A stretch of DNA of 64,000 nt. Source: an uncultured Acidiferrobacteraceae bacterium. Lineage in GTDB: Bacteria; Pseudomonadota; Gammaproteobacteria; Acidiferrobacterales; SZUA-150. Made by a program: the position numbers and the translations under genes. The DNA lies in contig CAJVXY010000001.1 in NCBI GenBank assembly GCA_913009895.1, positions 58,469 to 122,468 on the forward strand. The letters run 5' to 3'. Under the pieces are notes generated by a model. It did no database searches and had not been told where the DNA came from. It saw nothing but the letters and a program-made list of their open reading frames with translations. Below, piece by piece: positions 38,598-47,431 of the stretch; positions within the stretch are counted from its first letter, which is position 1, and each line of letters starts with the position of its first letter.

Positions 38598-39093
38598 ATC
38601 ATACTGGCGATTATTTTCACGCAGTGTACCAGTTTCGCGGCCTGTTGTTAGCACCCACCGGATAATGGCCGGGAATGGAAAAGTATAATCAACTCACTGT
38701 ATTTATTGATATTTGTAGTCATATACAGCTTGCAAGGCTTGCCCGCTATTTTAAGACAAAATACACCTGCACCAGGTCTACTGCTACTGGCACAAGATTT
38801 GCCAAGGAATAAGTGAAAATATTTAATTGCCATAACATACTGGGCCGATTCTTGTTGGCCGTTTTTTATAACCTGGAAATTAAATTTACCAAGTCCCTGG
38901 CACACTTGCAGGAATTCATGCTGCTGCCAGAACCCAAAATCAGGGAGAAAACGCTCAACTTCTTGCAAGAAATCATGAATGATAACGGCCTGGCCAGCCT
39001 GTGCAAATTGAAACTCTGTTTGCCACTAAAAAATCCAGCGTGGTTTAATGGCTGGCCACCATCTATAATTATATAGAGTTCCTTAATTACTCT

Positions 39094-40131
39094 TTGTCAC
39101 TAATACTAAGGAATACATCAAGCGTGGATATTCCCGGTTTGTATAGTTTTATTGATACATTAACAAGGCAACATGATCAGTTGCGCATGGTTCGCTGTTT
39201 TCTGGATTTGTTAACCAAGGAATTTAGCGCCCAGGACGCTTCCTATTATGAAGTACACAGCCATAACCTAAAAAATAAAGAAAAGCAAAATAATGACCAG
39301 CAAGAAGTACCCAGGCTCTATAACCCCCTGGTAAATAAAAACACAATAGTGGAATTTGATGAACAGCTGCGTAATGTTTATAAGTCCCGGGAAATGTTTA
39401 TTGGCGACACCTCGGAGACAGATGGCAGGCGTTGTATATACCCGGTTGTCGTTGGCCTGCAGGTATTTGGGTTAATTGATTTCAAAATACCAGCTCATGA
39501 AAACAAGGTAATGGAGCAACTTGGATTCCTGATCAGGTTGTTCGGGAACTTGTTTATACTAATATATAAAAAAGAACGGGACGGCCTGACGGGTCTGCTT
39601 AACCGTCTTGATTTTGAAAACAGGGTACACAGAATTATTAACCATAATTTCGGCAACGAAAGGCGTGTTGGCGCACCGGATGATCTTTGTATTGCCATTG
39701 CTGATATCGATTATTTCAAAAAAGTTAATGATGAGTTTGGACACTTGTTTGGTGACGAAGTACTTGTGCATTTGTCCCAGTTAATGAACCGTAGTTTTAG
39801 AGATCAGGACCTGATTTGCCGCTACGGCGGTGAAGAATTTGCAATTGCAATTCATGGTGTCGGTATAAACTCGGCAACCCGGATACTGGAACGGTTTATC
39901 AAAGCGGTGCAAGCCTACCAGGTGCCACAGGTGGGTTCTGTCACCATGAGTGTCGGTGTCGTCCAGGTTACAAAAAAAGAATTACTGACAAATATTATAG
40001 ATAAGGCCGATAAGGCATTGTATTTTGCCAAAGAAAATGGACGAAACCAGGTCCAGGCTTATGAAACACTGGTGGCCGAGCATAAGCTACAGGAAGTGGA
40101 CGCCCGGGCAGGGGATATAGAACTATTCTAG
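39094..40131 (+). CDS. GGDEF-domain diguanylate cyclase with uncharacterised N-terminal sensor region
   Basis: 345 aa. C-terminal GGDEF domain with intact RYGGEEF. The N-terminal ~160 aa are unassigned (GAF-like?). The TTG start at 39094 is uncertain. Confidence 0.75.
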   Translation: MSLILRNTSSVDIPGLYSFIDTLTRQHDQLRMVRCFLDLLTKEFSAQDASYYEVHSHNLKNKEKQNNDQQEVPRLYNPLVNKNTIVEFDEQLRNVYKSREMFIGDTSETDGRRCIYPVVVGLQVFGLIDFKIPAHENKVMEQLGFLIRLFGNLFILIYKKERDGLTGLLNRLDFENRVHRIINHNFGNERRVGAPDDLCIAIADIDYFKKVNDEFGHLFGDEVLVHLSQLMNRSFRDQDLICRYGGEEFAIAIHGVGINSATRILERFIKAVQAYQVPQVGSVTMSVGVVQVTKKELLTNIIDKADKALYFAKENGRNQVQAYETLVAEHKLQEVDARAGDIELF

Positions 40132-40288
40132 TTATTGTAGTAATTGCAGACTTTTCTGATATACCGCTTCTTTTTTGCAAATAATATCTCCAGGCCAGCT
40201 ATTGCTGATGCCGTTACTATCTATGGCCACCGGCCCAAAAGACGCGGTACAATGGACACGTTTTTACTAATTACCCCCTGATTCTCTA

Positions 40289-40489
40289 ATGAATATTTAT
40301 CTAAACGGCAAGGTTATTCATGTCGCAGACTCAACGACACTGACAGAACTGTTGCTCGAAATGGATTATTCAGGCAAGCGTATTGCTGTTGAGATTAACC
40401 AGGAAATAATTCCGCGTAGTGAACATAATACGCATCGATTAAAAAGTGATGACCGGGTCGAGGTCGTCCATGCAATAGGTGGTGGCTAA
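40289..40489 (+). CDS. thiS: Thiamine-biosynthesis sulfur carrier protein
   Basis: 66 aa ending in GG. Overlaps the thiG start (TAATG). Confidence 0.8.
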   Translation: MNIYLNGKVIHVADSTTLTELLLEMDYSGKRIAVEINQEIIPRSEHNTHRLKSDDRVEVVHAIGGG

Positions 40490-41319
40490 TGAGTACAGTA
40501 GCAGCAGAAACAAAAAAAACCGAACAGGCGAACCAGGTTCAGGATAAGTTAATTATTGCCGGCAAGTCCTATGGTTCACGATTACTGGTTGGTACCGGAA
40601 AGTATAAAGATATGGCGCAAACACAAAAAGCGATTGAGGCCAGCGGTGCCGAAATTGTAACTGTGGCAATCCGTCGTACCAATATTGGCCAGAACCCTGA
40701 TGAGCCAAATTTACTGGATGTCATTTCCCCTGAAGACTATACCCTGCTTCCCAACACTGCAGGTTGCTACACGGCAGATGATGCCGTGCGTACCTGTCGT
40801 TTGGCCCGCGAATTACTTGATGGCCATGACCTGGTAAAGCTGGAAGTGCTGGGTGATGAAAAAACATTATTTCCTGATGTCATCCAGACTTTGCAGGCTG
40901 CAGAAACCTTGATCAAAGACGGGTTCAAGGTCATGGTATATACCAACGACGACCCACTGGTAGCCAAACAGCTTGAGGAAATGGGTTGTGTGGCGGTGAT
41001 GCCACTGGCAGCGCCAATCGGTTCCGGTCTCGGGATCAGAAACCCTCATAACATCAGGTTCATACTTGAAGATGCAAACGTGCCCATTCTTGTGGATGCC
41101 GGCGTCGGCACTGCATCAGACGCCGCTATCGCCATGGAACTTGGCTGTGACGGCATTTTAATGAACACAGCCATTGCCGCCGCCAGGGATCCGGTGTTAA
41201 TGGCATCGGCTATGAAAAAAGGGGTTGCAGCAGGCCGCGAGGCATTCCTGGCAGGACGTATGCAAGCCCGGCGTTATGCATCTGCTTCTTCGCCGATTGA
41301 GGGCACATTCACCAGCTAG
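40489..41319 (+). CDS. thiG: Thiazole synthase
   Basis: 276 aa. [29 protein letters not shown] and NTAIA blocks. Confidence 0.9.
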   Translation: MSTVAAETKKTEQANQVQDKLIIAGKSYGSRLLVGTGKYKDMAQTQKAIEASGAEIVTVAIRRTNIGQNPDEPNLLDVISPEDYTLLPNTAGCYTADDAVRTCRLARELLDGHDLVKLEVLGDEKTLFPDVIQTLQAAETLIKDGFKVMVYTNDDPLVAKQLEEMGCVAVMPLAAPIGSGLGIRNPHNIRFILEDANVPILVDAGVGTASDAAIAMELGCDGILMNTAIAAARDPVLMASAMKKGVAAGREAFLAGRMQARRYASASSPIEGTFTS

Positions 41320-41339
41320 CAACTAGTTGCTAGTCCCTG

Positions 41340-42062
41340 GTGAAACCATTTTATTTAACAAGTGATCCTGAAATGACCTATGGTGTGAAAACGCTCAGGC
41401 CAATCCGAAGTTTTGTTCGGCGCGAGAGTCGACTCACCAATGCCCAGAAGCGGGCCCTGGATAACCTGGCGGTACGCTATTTTATTCCGGAGAATAATCA
41501 GAAACTGGATTTTGATTCCTTGTTCGGCCGCCAGGGAAACACCGTGCTTGAAATCGGTTTTGGTGATGGTAAATCGCTTGTTGCCATGGCCCAGGCGCAA
41601 CCAGAAACAAATTTTCTGGGTATCGAGGTTCACCGGCCTGGTATTGGTAGTTTATTACAGGCCCTTGAAGTTGCCGGTTTGAAAAATGTTCGCGTTAGTA
41701 ACCGGGATGCGGTTGAGGTGATTAAAAACCAGATCGCCAATAATAGCCTGGATGCGGTACACCTGTTTTTCCCGGATCCATGGCCTAAAAAACGGCACCA
41801 TAAAAGACGAATTATCAACCAGGCTTTCCTGTCAGAAATTGCCAGGGTGCTCAGGCCAGCAGGTTTACTGCATTTGGCGACTGATTGGCAGGATTATGCA
41901 ACGCATATGATGCAGGAACTGGACAGGCATAAATTGTTCCAAAACACAGCCGTTGAAAATAAATATTCAGAAAAACCTGCTTATCGACCCGAGACAAAAT
42001 TTGAACGCCGCGGCCTGAAACTTGGTCATAAGGTTCGGGATATTGTTTTCAAGCGTGTATAA
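41340..42062 (+). CDS. trmB: tRNA (guanine46-N7)-methyltransferase
   Basis: IRSFVRRESRLT, LEIGFGDG and FFPDPWPKKRHHKRR motifs. Start is either GTG 41340 or ATG 41373. Confidence 0.85.
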   Translation: MKPFYLTSDPEMTYGVKTLRPIRSFVRRESRLTNAQKRALDNLAVRYFIPENNQKLDFDSLFGRQGNTVLEIGFGDGKSLVAMAQAQPETNFLGIEVHRPGIGSLLQALEVAGLKNVRVSNRDAVEVIKNQIANNSLDAVHLFFPDPWPKKRHHKRRIINQAFLSEIARVLRPAGLLHLATDWQDYATHMMQELDRHKLFQNTAVENKYSEKPAYRPETKFERRGLKLGHKVRDIVFKRV

Positions 42063-42447
42063 GCTTTCTGTCCAGACCTACCAGTTGACTATTATTGTCG
42101 AGCAACCGGTGAAGATTCAGATAGGTAAGCTGGGATTTTATAAATTTCAGAAAGGCTATTATATCTACACAGGCAGTGCCAGGCGTAACATGATTCCTCG
42201 TGTGACCAGGCATTTAAACTCATTGAAAAAGAAACTTCATTGGCATATCGATTATTTTCTGGCCCATAAATTTGTCAGGATTGTGAATGTACAATTTAAC
42301 GCAAAGTCAGAATGTAATCTTAACCAGGCATGTTCAGGAGAAATTCCGGTGCCAGGATTTGGCTCGTCAGATTGCAATAATTCCTGTAGCAGCCACCTGA
42401 AATTTTTTCCGTGTAATGTAATAAAAAATACTGCAGGTTTATTTTGA
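42055..42447 (+). CDS. DUF123 / GIY-YIG-superfamily (Uri-like) protein
   Basis: YQLTIIVEQPVKIQIGKLGFYKFQKGYYIYTGSA ... HWHIDYF is the DUF123 pattern. The start is uncertain (GTG 42055 overlapping the trmB stop, or TTG 42022). Confidence 0.5.
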   Translation: MYKLSVQTYQLTIIVEQPVKIQIGKLGFYKFQKGYYIYTGSARRNMIPRVTRHLNSLKKKLHWHIDYFLAHKFVRIVNVQFNAKSECNLNQACSGEIPVPGFGSSDCNNSCSSHLKFFPCNVIKNTAGLF

Positions 42448-43244
42448 CTGATTCAGTTTTTCTTCGGGCAAGTGAAGTTCTCCTGCAAAATAGTGTGCAT
42501 GAAAAACTCGGGCAAACCAGGAAATTGCAGCAAGACTGGCTTGCCGGAAAGCTTGATTTGAGTCGTGACCGTAGCCTTGAGCTTAATGCACCCGGGATAC
42601 CCACTAACCTGGAATTCGTAACACCAGCAAAGTTACCTCGCCGAACCCTGCATTCAGCATTGGGACAAATTGCATTTATCCATGCCCTGACCCATATTGA
42701 ATTTACCGCCATAAACCTGGCCCTGGATATTATTGCCAGGTTCCAGGATATGCCACGACAGTTTTACCAGGACTGGATTCAAGTTGCAGTAGAAGAAACC
42801 GGTCATTTTGAATTATTAAACACAAGACTATTAAGCCTGGGATCTGAATACGGAAATTTACCAGTACATAATGGTCTCTGGACCATGGCAACAAAAACAG
42901 CCCATGATGTATTACATCGGCTGGCGCTGGTACCGCGAATGCTGGAAGCACGGGGACTGGACGTGACGCCAGACATGATTAATCGCCTGCTTGAAATTAA
43001 TGACCAGGAGACAGCTGGCATACTGGAAAAAATTCTCCAGGATGAGATTGGCCATGTGAAAATTGGCAGCCAGTGGTTTTCTTATGTTTGCAAAAAGCGT
43101 GGGCTTGATCCACATAGCACTTTTTTTGATTTACTCAAAGTAAATGCGGGTAGCCAGATCAGGAAGCCAATCAATCATGAGGCAAGGAAACAAGCAGGAT
43201 TTAGTGAGCAAGAGTTAAACAGTCTTGATCAAATGACAGGTTAG
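42444..43244 (+). CDS. DUF455 ferritin-like di-iron family protein
   Basis: 266 aa, TTG start overlapping the upstream stop (TTGA). HIEFTAINLALD, EETGHF, LEARGLDVTP and DEIGHVKIG carboxylate/His motifs. Confidence 0.6.
   Translation: MTDSVFLRASEVLLQNSVHEKLGQTRKLQQDWLAGKLDLSRDRSLELNAPGIPTNLEFVTPAKLPRRTLHSALGQIAFIHALTHIEFTAINLALDIIARFQDMPRQFYQDWIQVAVEETGHFELLNTRLLSLGSEYGNLPVHNGLWTMATKTAHDVLHRLALVPRMLEARGLDVTPDMINRLLEINDQETAGILEKILQDEIGHVKIGSQWFSYVCKKRGLDPHSTFFDLLKVNAGSQIRKPINHEARKQAGFSEQELNSLDQMTG
43206..43244. repeat. Direct-repeat copy 1 (3' end of the DUF455 gene, EQELNSLDQMTG*)
   Basis: CTTGATCAAATGAC (43224-43237) recurs exactly at 45671-45684. The flanks are similar, and both copies run in the same reading frame into a stop codon. 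Confidence 0.45.
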
Positions 43245-43504
43245 TATGGTTGAATTATTGAATATACGAAAAGGGCGGAGGGAATAAAAAACAAGCAGTT
43301 TACTTATTATCCCGCGTCATATTAATATTAAAATACGAAAACAAGTATAAGCAATTTATATGGCGATGCAGGGAGTTGCAATGCCTAAGCGCACAAGGAT
43401 GTATGTATGCGGTTTGCTTTAACCTCTCATGAAAGCGGTGTAACCGGACAGTTACACAATGATGTGCTGTCATTTTCTGTGGCTGCTAAGCCACTGAAAA
43501 TGAA

Positions 43505-43577
43505 GAATAAGATAAAATCGCATTTTATCTTATTCGCGCTCTGATTAATTCATGAATGAATTAATCAGAGTTTTCTC
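43505..43577. terminator. Two adjacent perfect hairpins (bidirectional terminator candidate)
   Basis: GAATAAGATAAAAT-CGC-ATTTTATCTTATTC (43505-43535, 14-bp arms). CTCTGATTAATTCAT-GA-ATGAATTAATCAGAG (43539-43570, 15-bp arms) followed by TTTTCTC. Located 30 nt downstream of the stop of the minus-strand cytidylyltransferase gene. Confidence 0.5.
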
Positions 43578-43601
43578 AAGACACCTGTTTTGAGTATATT
43601 T

Positions 43602-44066
43602 TTATAATGACTGATTACTAAATTCATGCGATTGCATGAAGTTGGGATAGGGTTTTTGAAGTTGGGATATGGTTTTTTCTTTTATTTTTGTGGAGGAAGT
43701 CCGGGAATGATAGCCAACTTGAATAATATTCTTACCTTTTGCTCTTAAAAAAGACTCCACCTCAAGATTATGAGACGCCTTTCCCCAATCTTCACCAATA
43801 ACGAAAATGTCCACATCCAGTTCTTTGCAAGCAGCTGTGTATTCCAGTTCATAATAGGGCCGTACAATATCAACACAGCGTAAGGCTTTTAGCATTTCCA
43901 TCCTTTGCACAAGAGGAACAACGGGGACGTTTCTCTTGTAACTCGCTACTACGTCGTCTGCAGCAACGCCCACTGCAACGGTATCGCCCAACGTTTTGCA
44001 ATGCTGGAGTAACGCCAAGTGTCCAACATGTAATAAATCCCAGGTTCCTACGGTATAAACAAGCAT
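43602..44066 (-). CDS. Small cytidylyltransferase (TagD / phospho-alcohol cytidylyltransferase family)
   Basis: Start at ATG 44066 (MLVYTVGTWDLLHVGHLALL = HxGH nucleotidyltransferase motif). ~154 aa. The ORF-track N-terminal extension is unlikely to be real. Confidence 0.75.
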   Translation of the reverse strand: MLVYTVGTWDLLHVGHLALLQHCKTLGDTVAVGVAADDVVASYKRNVPVVPLVQRMEMLKALRCVDIVRPYYELEYTAACKELDVDIFVIGEDWGKASHNLEVESFLRAKGKNIIQVGYHSRTSSTKIKEKTISQLQKPYPNFMQSHEFSNQSL

Positions 44067-44179
44067 TTTTAATTCTGCGCCTCTAAATTCAACGGAATAT
44101 GCTACTGTAACACACTTTCTTTCTGGCCGGACGGTTCTCACGACTCTAAAGCCAACTTTACTTGTGTAAAAGGCAAACA

Positions 44180-44836
44180 ATGACAACCGAAAGTCCTGAA
44201 TCTCAAGAGTTACAACCCAACTCTATTCTCTCCTACGCCAAAGACCTGCCTAATATTTGCTCACTATCAGGGTTAGCTTGTACGGTTCTTGCTATTTACT
44301 TCAGTATTACCGGGCTTTATGCAGCTGCAATGATCGGCATGATCTGGGCGGTTGCATTTGACTGGGCAGATGGACTCATCGCTCGCAGAATGAAAGGGCG
44401 TTCTGGTAACGACCGCATTTTTGGAGGCCAACTTGATGTTTTGATAGACATCGTTAGCTACGGCGTGACCCCTGCCATCCTGCTTTTGAGTTACGGAAAT
44501 TTCGAGATTATCTATCTACCGGCCGCATTTCTGATGCTTACAGCCAGTGCATTACGGTTAAGTTATTTTACGACCTTCGGTCTTGCCGGCGGCACTAAAT
44601 ATACGGGTCTGGCGCTTGATAACAACAATATCATAATTGTATTCATATTTTTATTTGAAGGTCTTGTAAGCCACGGGACTTTTTCTATTATTCTTTATGC
44701 CAGCGGACTAGGGCTCGCTGCCTTGAATGTGTCACAGATTAAAACACCTAAATTTTCCGGTAATCCGATCAATGTTTTCATTCTCGCCGTCTATACTCTT
44801 GGAATGACAGCGATCTATGGCTGGCAGCTTCTTTAA
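44180..44836 (+). CDS. CDP-alcohol phosphatidyltransferase family membrane protein
   Basis: Start at ATG 44180. Signature DWADGLIARR...GGQLDVLID (D-x2-DG-x2-AR...G-x3-D-x3-D with a longer spacer). Multiple TM helices. Confidence 0.75.
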   Translation: MTTESPESQELQPNSILSYAKDLPNICSLSGLACTVLAIYFSITGLYAAAMIGMIWAVAFDWADGLIARRMKGRSGNDRIFGGQLDVLIDIVSYGVTPAILLLSYGNFEIIYLPAAFLMLTASALRLSYFTTFGLAGGTKYTGLALDNNNIIIVFIFLFEGLVSHGTFSIILYASGLGLAALNVSQIKTPKFSGNPINVFILAVYTLGMTAIYGWQLL

Positions 44837-44905
44837 AAATAAGTGTGCTGACATTTTTGCGTGCTTGATAAATCGCTATGTCAAAATGTAATCATGCTTT
44901 TTGGT

Positions 44906-44930
44906 GGTATCACCTGGGGATACCATTTTG
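44906..44930 (+). terminator. Candidate terminator after the CDP-alcohol phosphatidyltransferase gene
   Basis: GGTATC-ACCTGGG-GATACC hairpin followed by ATTTTG. Confidence 0.35.
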
Positions 44931-44939
44931 CGATACCAT

Positions 44940-45605
44940 TTAGTGAAACCATTGAATAATTTCATCTATTTCCTGACGTGTTTTGTTTTTCTGTTCATCA
45001 ACCCTGTAACCAAAGGCCACCATACATGTCACACCAAACTCATTGTTATTTATGCCAAATTCATCAGTCATAAGCTTTTCCATTTCTTTGGCTCGATAGC
45101 CTTCAACAGGACAACTATCTATACCTATCATGGCAGCAGATGTCATCATATTAGCCAGTGCAATATAAGTCTGTTTACTTGACCAATCAAACATTGCACG
45201 TTCACTTTCCAAGAGGTTAAAATCGGATTCCTGAAATATTTTATAAAAACCTCCCCGTTTTTTTATAACATCATCCGACAGGTGATGCACATCTTGCATC
45301 ATATGTTTAATATACTGGCTACTGTAATGCATTGTTTTTTGTTTACGAGCCAGGATAACAATAAAGTGACTGGCTGTTGGTAATGTACCTTGTGCGCCCC
45401 ACACAACTAATTTGAGTTTTTCTCGCAAGTCTGCATTTTGCACAATTAAAAATTTCCAGGGTTCAAACCCAAACGAACTTGGACTTAAACGAGCCGTTTC
45501 CAGGATAAAAGAAAAGTCTTCACTGCTTATCTTTTTACCAGCATCAAATACTTTACAAGCATGCCTGTAATTAAAAGCTTCAATAATTTTATTTTTATCG
45601 ATCAT
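44940..45605 (-). CDS. NAD(P)H nitroreductase family protein
   Basis: 221 aa. RHACKVFD, LSPSSFGFEPWKFLIV and IDSCPVEGY motifs of the oxygen-insensitive nitroreductase fold. Confidence 0.8.
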   Translation of the reverse strand: MIDKNKIIEAFNYRHACKVFDAGKKISSEDFSFILETARLSPSSFGFEPWKFLIVQNADLREKLKLVVWGAQGTLPTASHFIVILARKQKTMHYSSQYIKHMMQDVHHLSDDVIKKRGGFYKIFQESDFNLLESERAMFDWSSKQTYIALANMMTSAAMIGIDSCPVEGYRAKEMEKLMTDEFGINNNEFGVTCMVAFGYRVDEQKNKTRQEIDEIIQWFH

Positions 45606-45655
45606 TTGTAATCCTTTTTAGTGGCGTTACAATACCGCAAATGAATATGTACAGA

Positions 45656-45691
45656 GAAGAGACGAACAACCTTGATCAAATGACGAATTAA
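45656..45691. repeat. Direct-repeat copy 2 (orphan gene-end fragment, EETNNLDQMTN*)
   Basis: An intergenic stretch that translates in frame to a near-copy of the DUF455 C-terminus and ends in TAA. It contains the exact 14-mer CTTGATCAAATGAC. Confidence 0.45.
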
Positions 45692-45723
45692 AATACTTTT
45701 GATTTATATTTTAAAAATATAAA

Positions 45724-46662
45724 TCACGGTGTAAAACAATCCAGATCGTTGGCAAAATGAACCGATCCGGAAAATTTTCTTTTTATTGCTGCAGCGGTTT
45801 CCTTTTCTTTACCAAGTGTCGCAAATCTGCGATGACCAAGCACCAGATGCCTGACCTGGGCTTTGTAGGCTACTGAGCCAATGGCAGAAGGTGATAAAAA
45901 ACTCTCTTTTATGGATTCCGGGCCGCTTTCCGGAATGGCATGGTGGGCCACAAGTATGTCAGCATCATTCGTAAAATATTTCAGGTTTTTGGTATTGGGC
46001 CGGGCATCGCCGATAAAAACAATTTTTTTTGTTCCGACCTGTATAAGCCAGCCAAGTTTTTCACCCTTTTTATCAGACGCATTAAAAGTATAAATTTTAA
46101 ATATCGCATTACTGAAAACCGGTGGGTTGGGTTTTTTCTCGTCTCCTATTACTGTTTTTTTAGATTTAACTGACGTGTTATGGGGTTTGAGTTTGAATGT
46201 CTGTGTGCCTAATGGACTAAGCAACGAACCAAGATCACGAAAGGCGCCACGTTTTTGATCAAAAAGACTGCGCACAAATGATACGGTTGAGGGCGTGGTT
46301 TTACTGGCAACCGGGCCATATATTGGCAAGGCCCGTGTTCTGTCCCCATTAACCGCCGATGACATGAGCGCTGCCAGATCAGCTGTATGGGCAGAGTCGA
46401 CCTGGGTCAGCAGTAGTGTCTCCAGGTCAGCAAACCGGGCGCCGGTTGCACGGAAACGCATGGCAGTGCCGCCGCCAATATCTACCAGGATCCGGGCATG
46501 ACCCTGGTACCAGATAATGTAACCGGGTGCGGCACGACCCGGGCTCAAATTCGATCCGCCTGAACCGAGTACCTGTAATTGCAGGCCTTTATCCGGGCAC
46601 TGGTCCCCGTATGCCGCAGGTATGGTGAGTACGAATATTAGTAAGATGATATTTATTTTCAT
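45724..46662 (-). CDS. Secreted metallo-beta-lactamase-fold protein with degenerate metal motif
   Basis: 312 aa with a signal peptide. LQVLGSGGS...ILVDIGGG is the MBL/RNase Z-like N-terminus. The HxHxDH position reads TQVDSAHT. Confidence 0.55.
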   Translation of the reverse strand: MKINIILLIFVLTIPAAYGDQCPDKGLQLQVLGSGGSNLSPGRAAPGYIIWYQGHARILVDIGGGTAMRFRATGARFADLETLLLTQVDSAHTADLAALMSSAVNGDRTRALPIYGPVASKTTPSTVSFVRSLFDQKRGAFRDLGSLLSPLGTQTFKLKPHNTSVKSKKTVIGDEKKPNPPVFSNAIFKIYTFNASDKKGEKLGWLIQVGTKKIVFIGDARPNTKNLKYFTNDADILVAHHAIPESGPESIKESFLSPSAIGSVAYKAQVRHLVLGHRRFATLGKEKETAAAIKRKFSGSVHFANDLDCFTP

Positions 46663-46878
46663 TCCACGAATTGTAGTCTGTCAGTTGAAAATAAAGAAGC
46701 CGTTCTCGCACATCTCGGCAATTGTTCCCTACATTGCTCTAACTTCCGCCATCCTTGGCGGTCGCTGTGCTCCACGGCACCTGACCATCCTTGTACAATG
46801 CAGGTATGTGTGAATTTGTAGTTGTAATTAAATGAGAATTCTGGGTGAGATTATCAGGACTAAAGTCTCTCAGGACGG

Positions 46879-47067
46879 TCAATCATCATCGCGACGAATT
46901 TCTACACTTAATAAATCACCTTCATGATCGACACGGGTAAAAAAAATTATGGGTCGGCAGCAGACGTAACAGTCTTCAAAGTACTCCTGGCTTCCTGAGG
47001 AAACATCAAGCGAGCTTTCGAAAAATTCTCCGCAATAAGGACAGCGGACTGACTGTGTAAGTATCAT
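46879..47067 (-). CDS. CPXCG-motif cysteine-rich small protein
   Basis: 62 aa. CPYCGEFF ... CYVCCRP zinc-ribbon-like pairs. Confidence 0.6.
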   Translation of the reverse strand: MILTQSVRCPYCGEFFESSLDVSSGSQEYFEDCYVCCRPIIFFTRVDHEGDLLSVEIRRDDD

Positions 47068-47125
47068 AATCCAAGTCTAGCCAGCCTTTGTTCAGTGTAA
47101 AGCTGATGTTTTATTTAATTTTTTA

Positions 47126-47431
47126 TTATTTTATTGATATTTTTTCGTCATTTTGCAGGATAAAATTTTTCTCGATCAGGTCGGGGTCATCGAAGTGACG
47201 CCTGCCAATAAAGGCCGTGGCGTGAGTGCCCCATTGGCGCATGGCCCCGGGTGAGCTGATACCCAGTGGCCAGAAGAAATATCTTTCCCGGCGCTGGCTG
47301 CCTGGAACAAGCCCCTTGTCATTAAACATACTCCTGTTGCCAAGCTTGGAGTGGGGCAGCGTACGCAAGGTTTTATAGGGCGCGAACTCGTACAGTTTGT
47401 CATACAATTTGGCATGGTTTTTGGTAGTCAC
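47126..47431 (-). CDS. Hypothetical protein (GTG start overlapping the upstream stop)
   Basis: 101-aa ORF. GTGA overlap with the 47428-48486 ORF. No motif recognised. Confidence 0.35.
   Translation of the reverse strand: MTTKNHAKLYDKLYEFAPYKTLRTLPHSKLGNRSMFNDKGLVPGSQRRERYFFWPLGISSPGAMRQWGTHATAFIGRRHFDDPDLIEKNFILQNDEKISIK

Noticed and set aside
38648-39076. 106-aa (minus, TTG start) and 87-aa (plus, GTG start) ORFs in the tRNA-Gly / GGDEF intergenic region.
   Set aside because: They are mutually overlapping, use non-ATG starts without RBS, and have no motifs. The region was left unannotated rather than guessing.
40132-40288. Expected a TPP (THI-box) riboswitch upstream of thiS-thiG.
   Set aside because: No CTGAGA / ACCTGATCTGGATAATGCCAGCG-type conserved blocks are visible on the plus strand, so no riboswitch was called.
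46663-46878. 216-nt leader of the MBL-fold gene, with hairpin CCGCCA-TCCT-TGGCGG (46746-46761) and a repeated CATCCTTG.
   Set aside because: I could not match it to any riboswitch family I know (fluoride, guanidine, NiCo, Mn and c-di-GMP were considered). A single short hairpin is not enough evidence.
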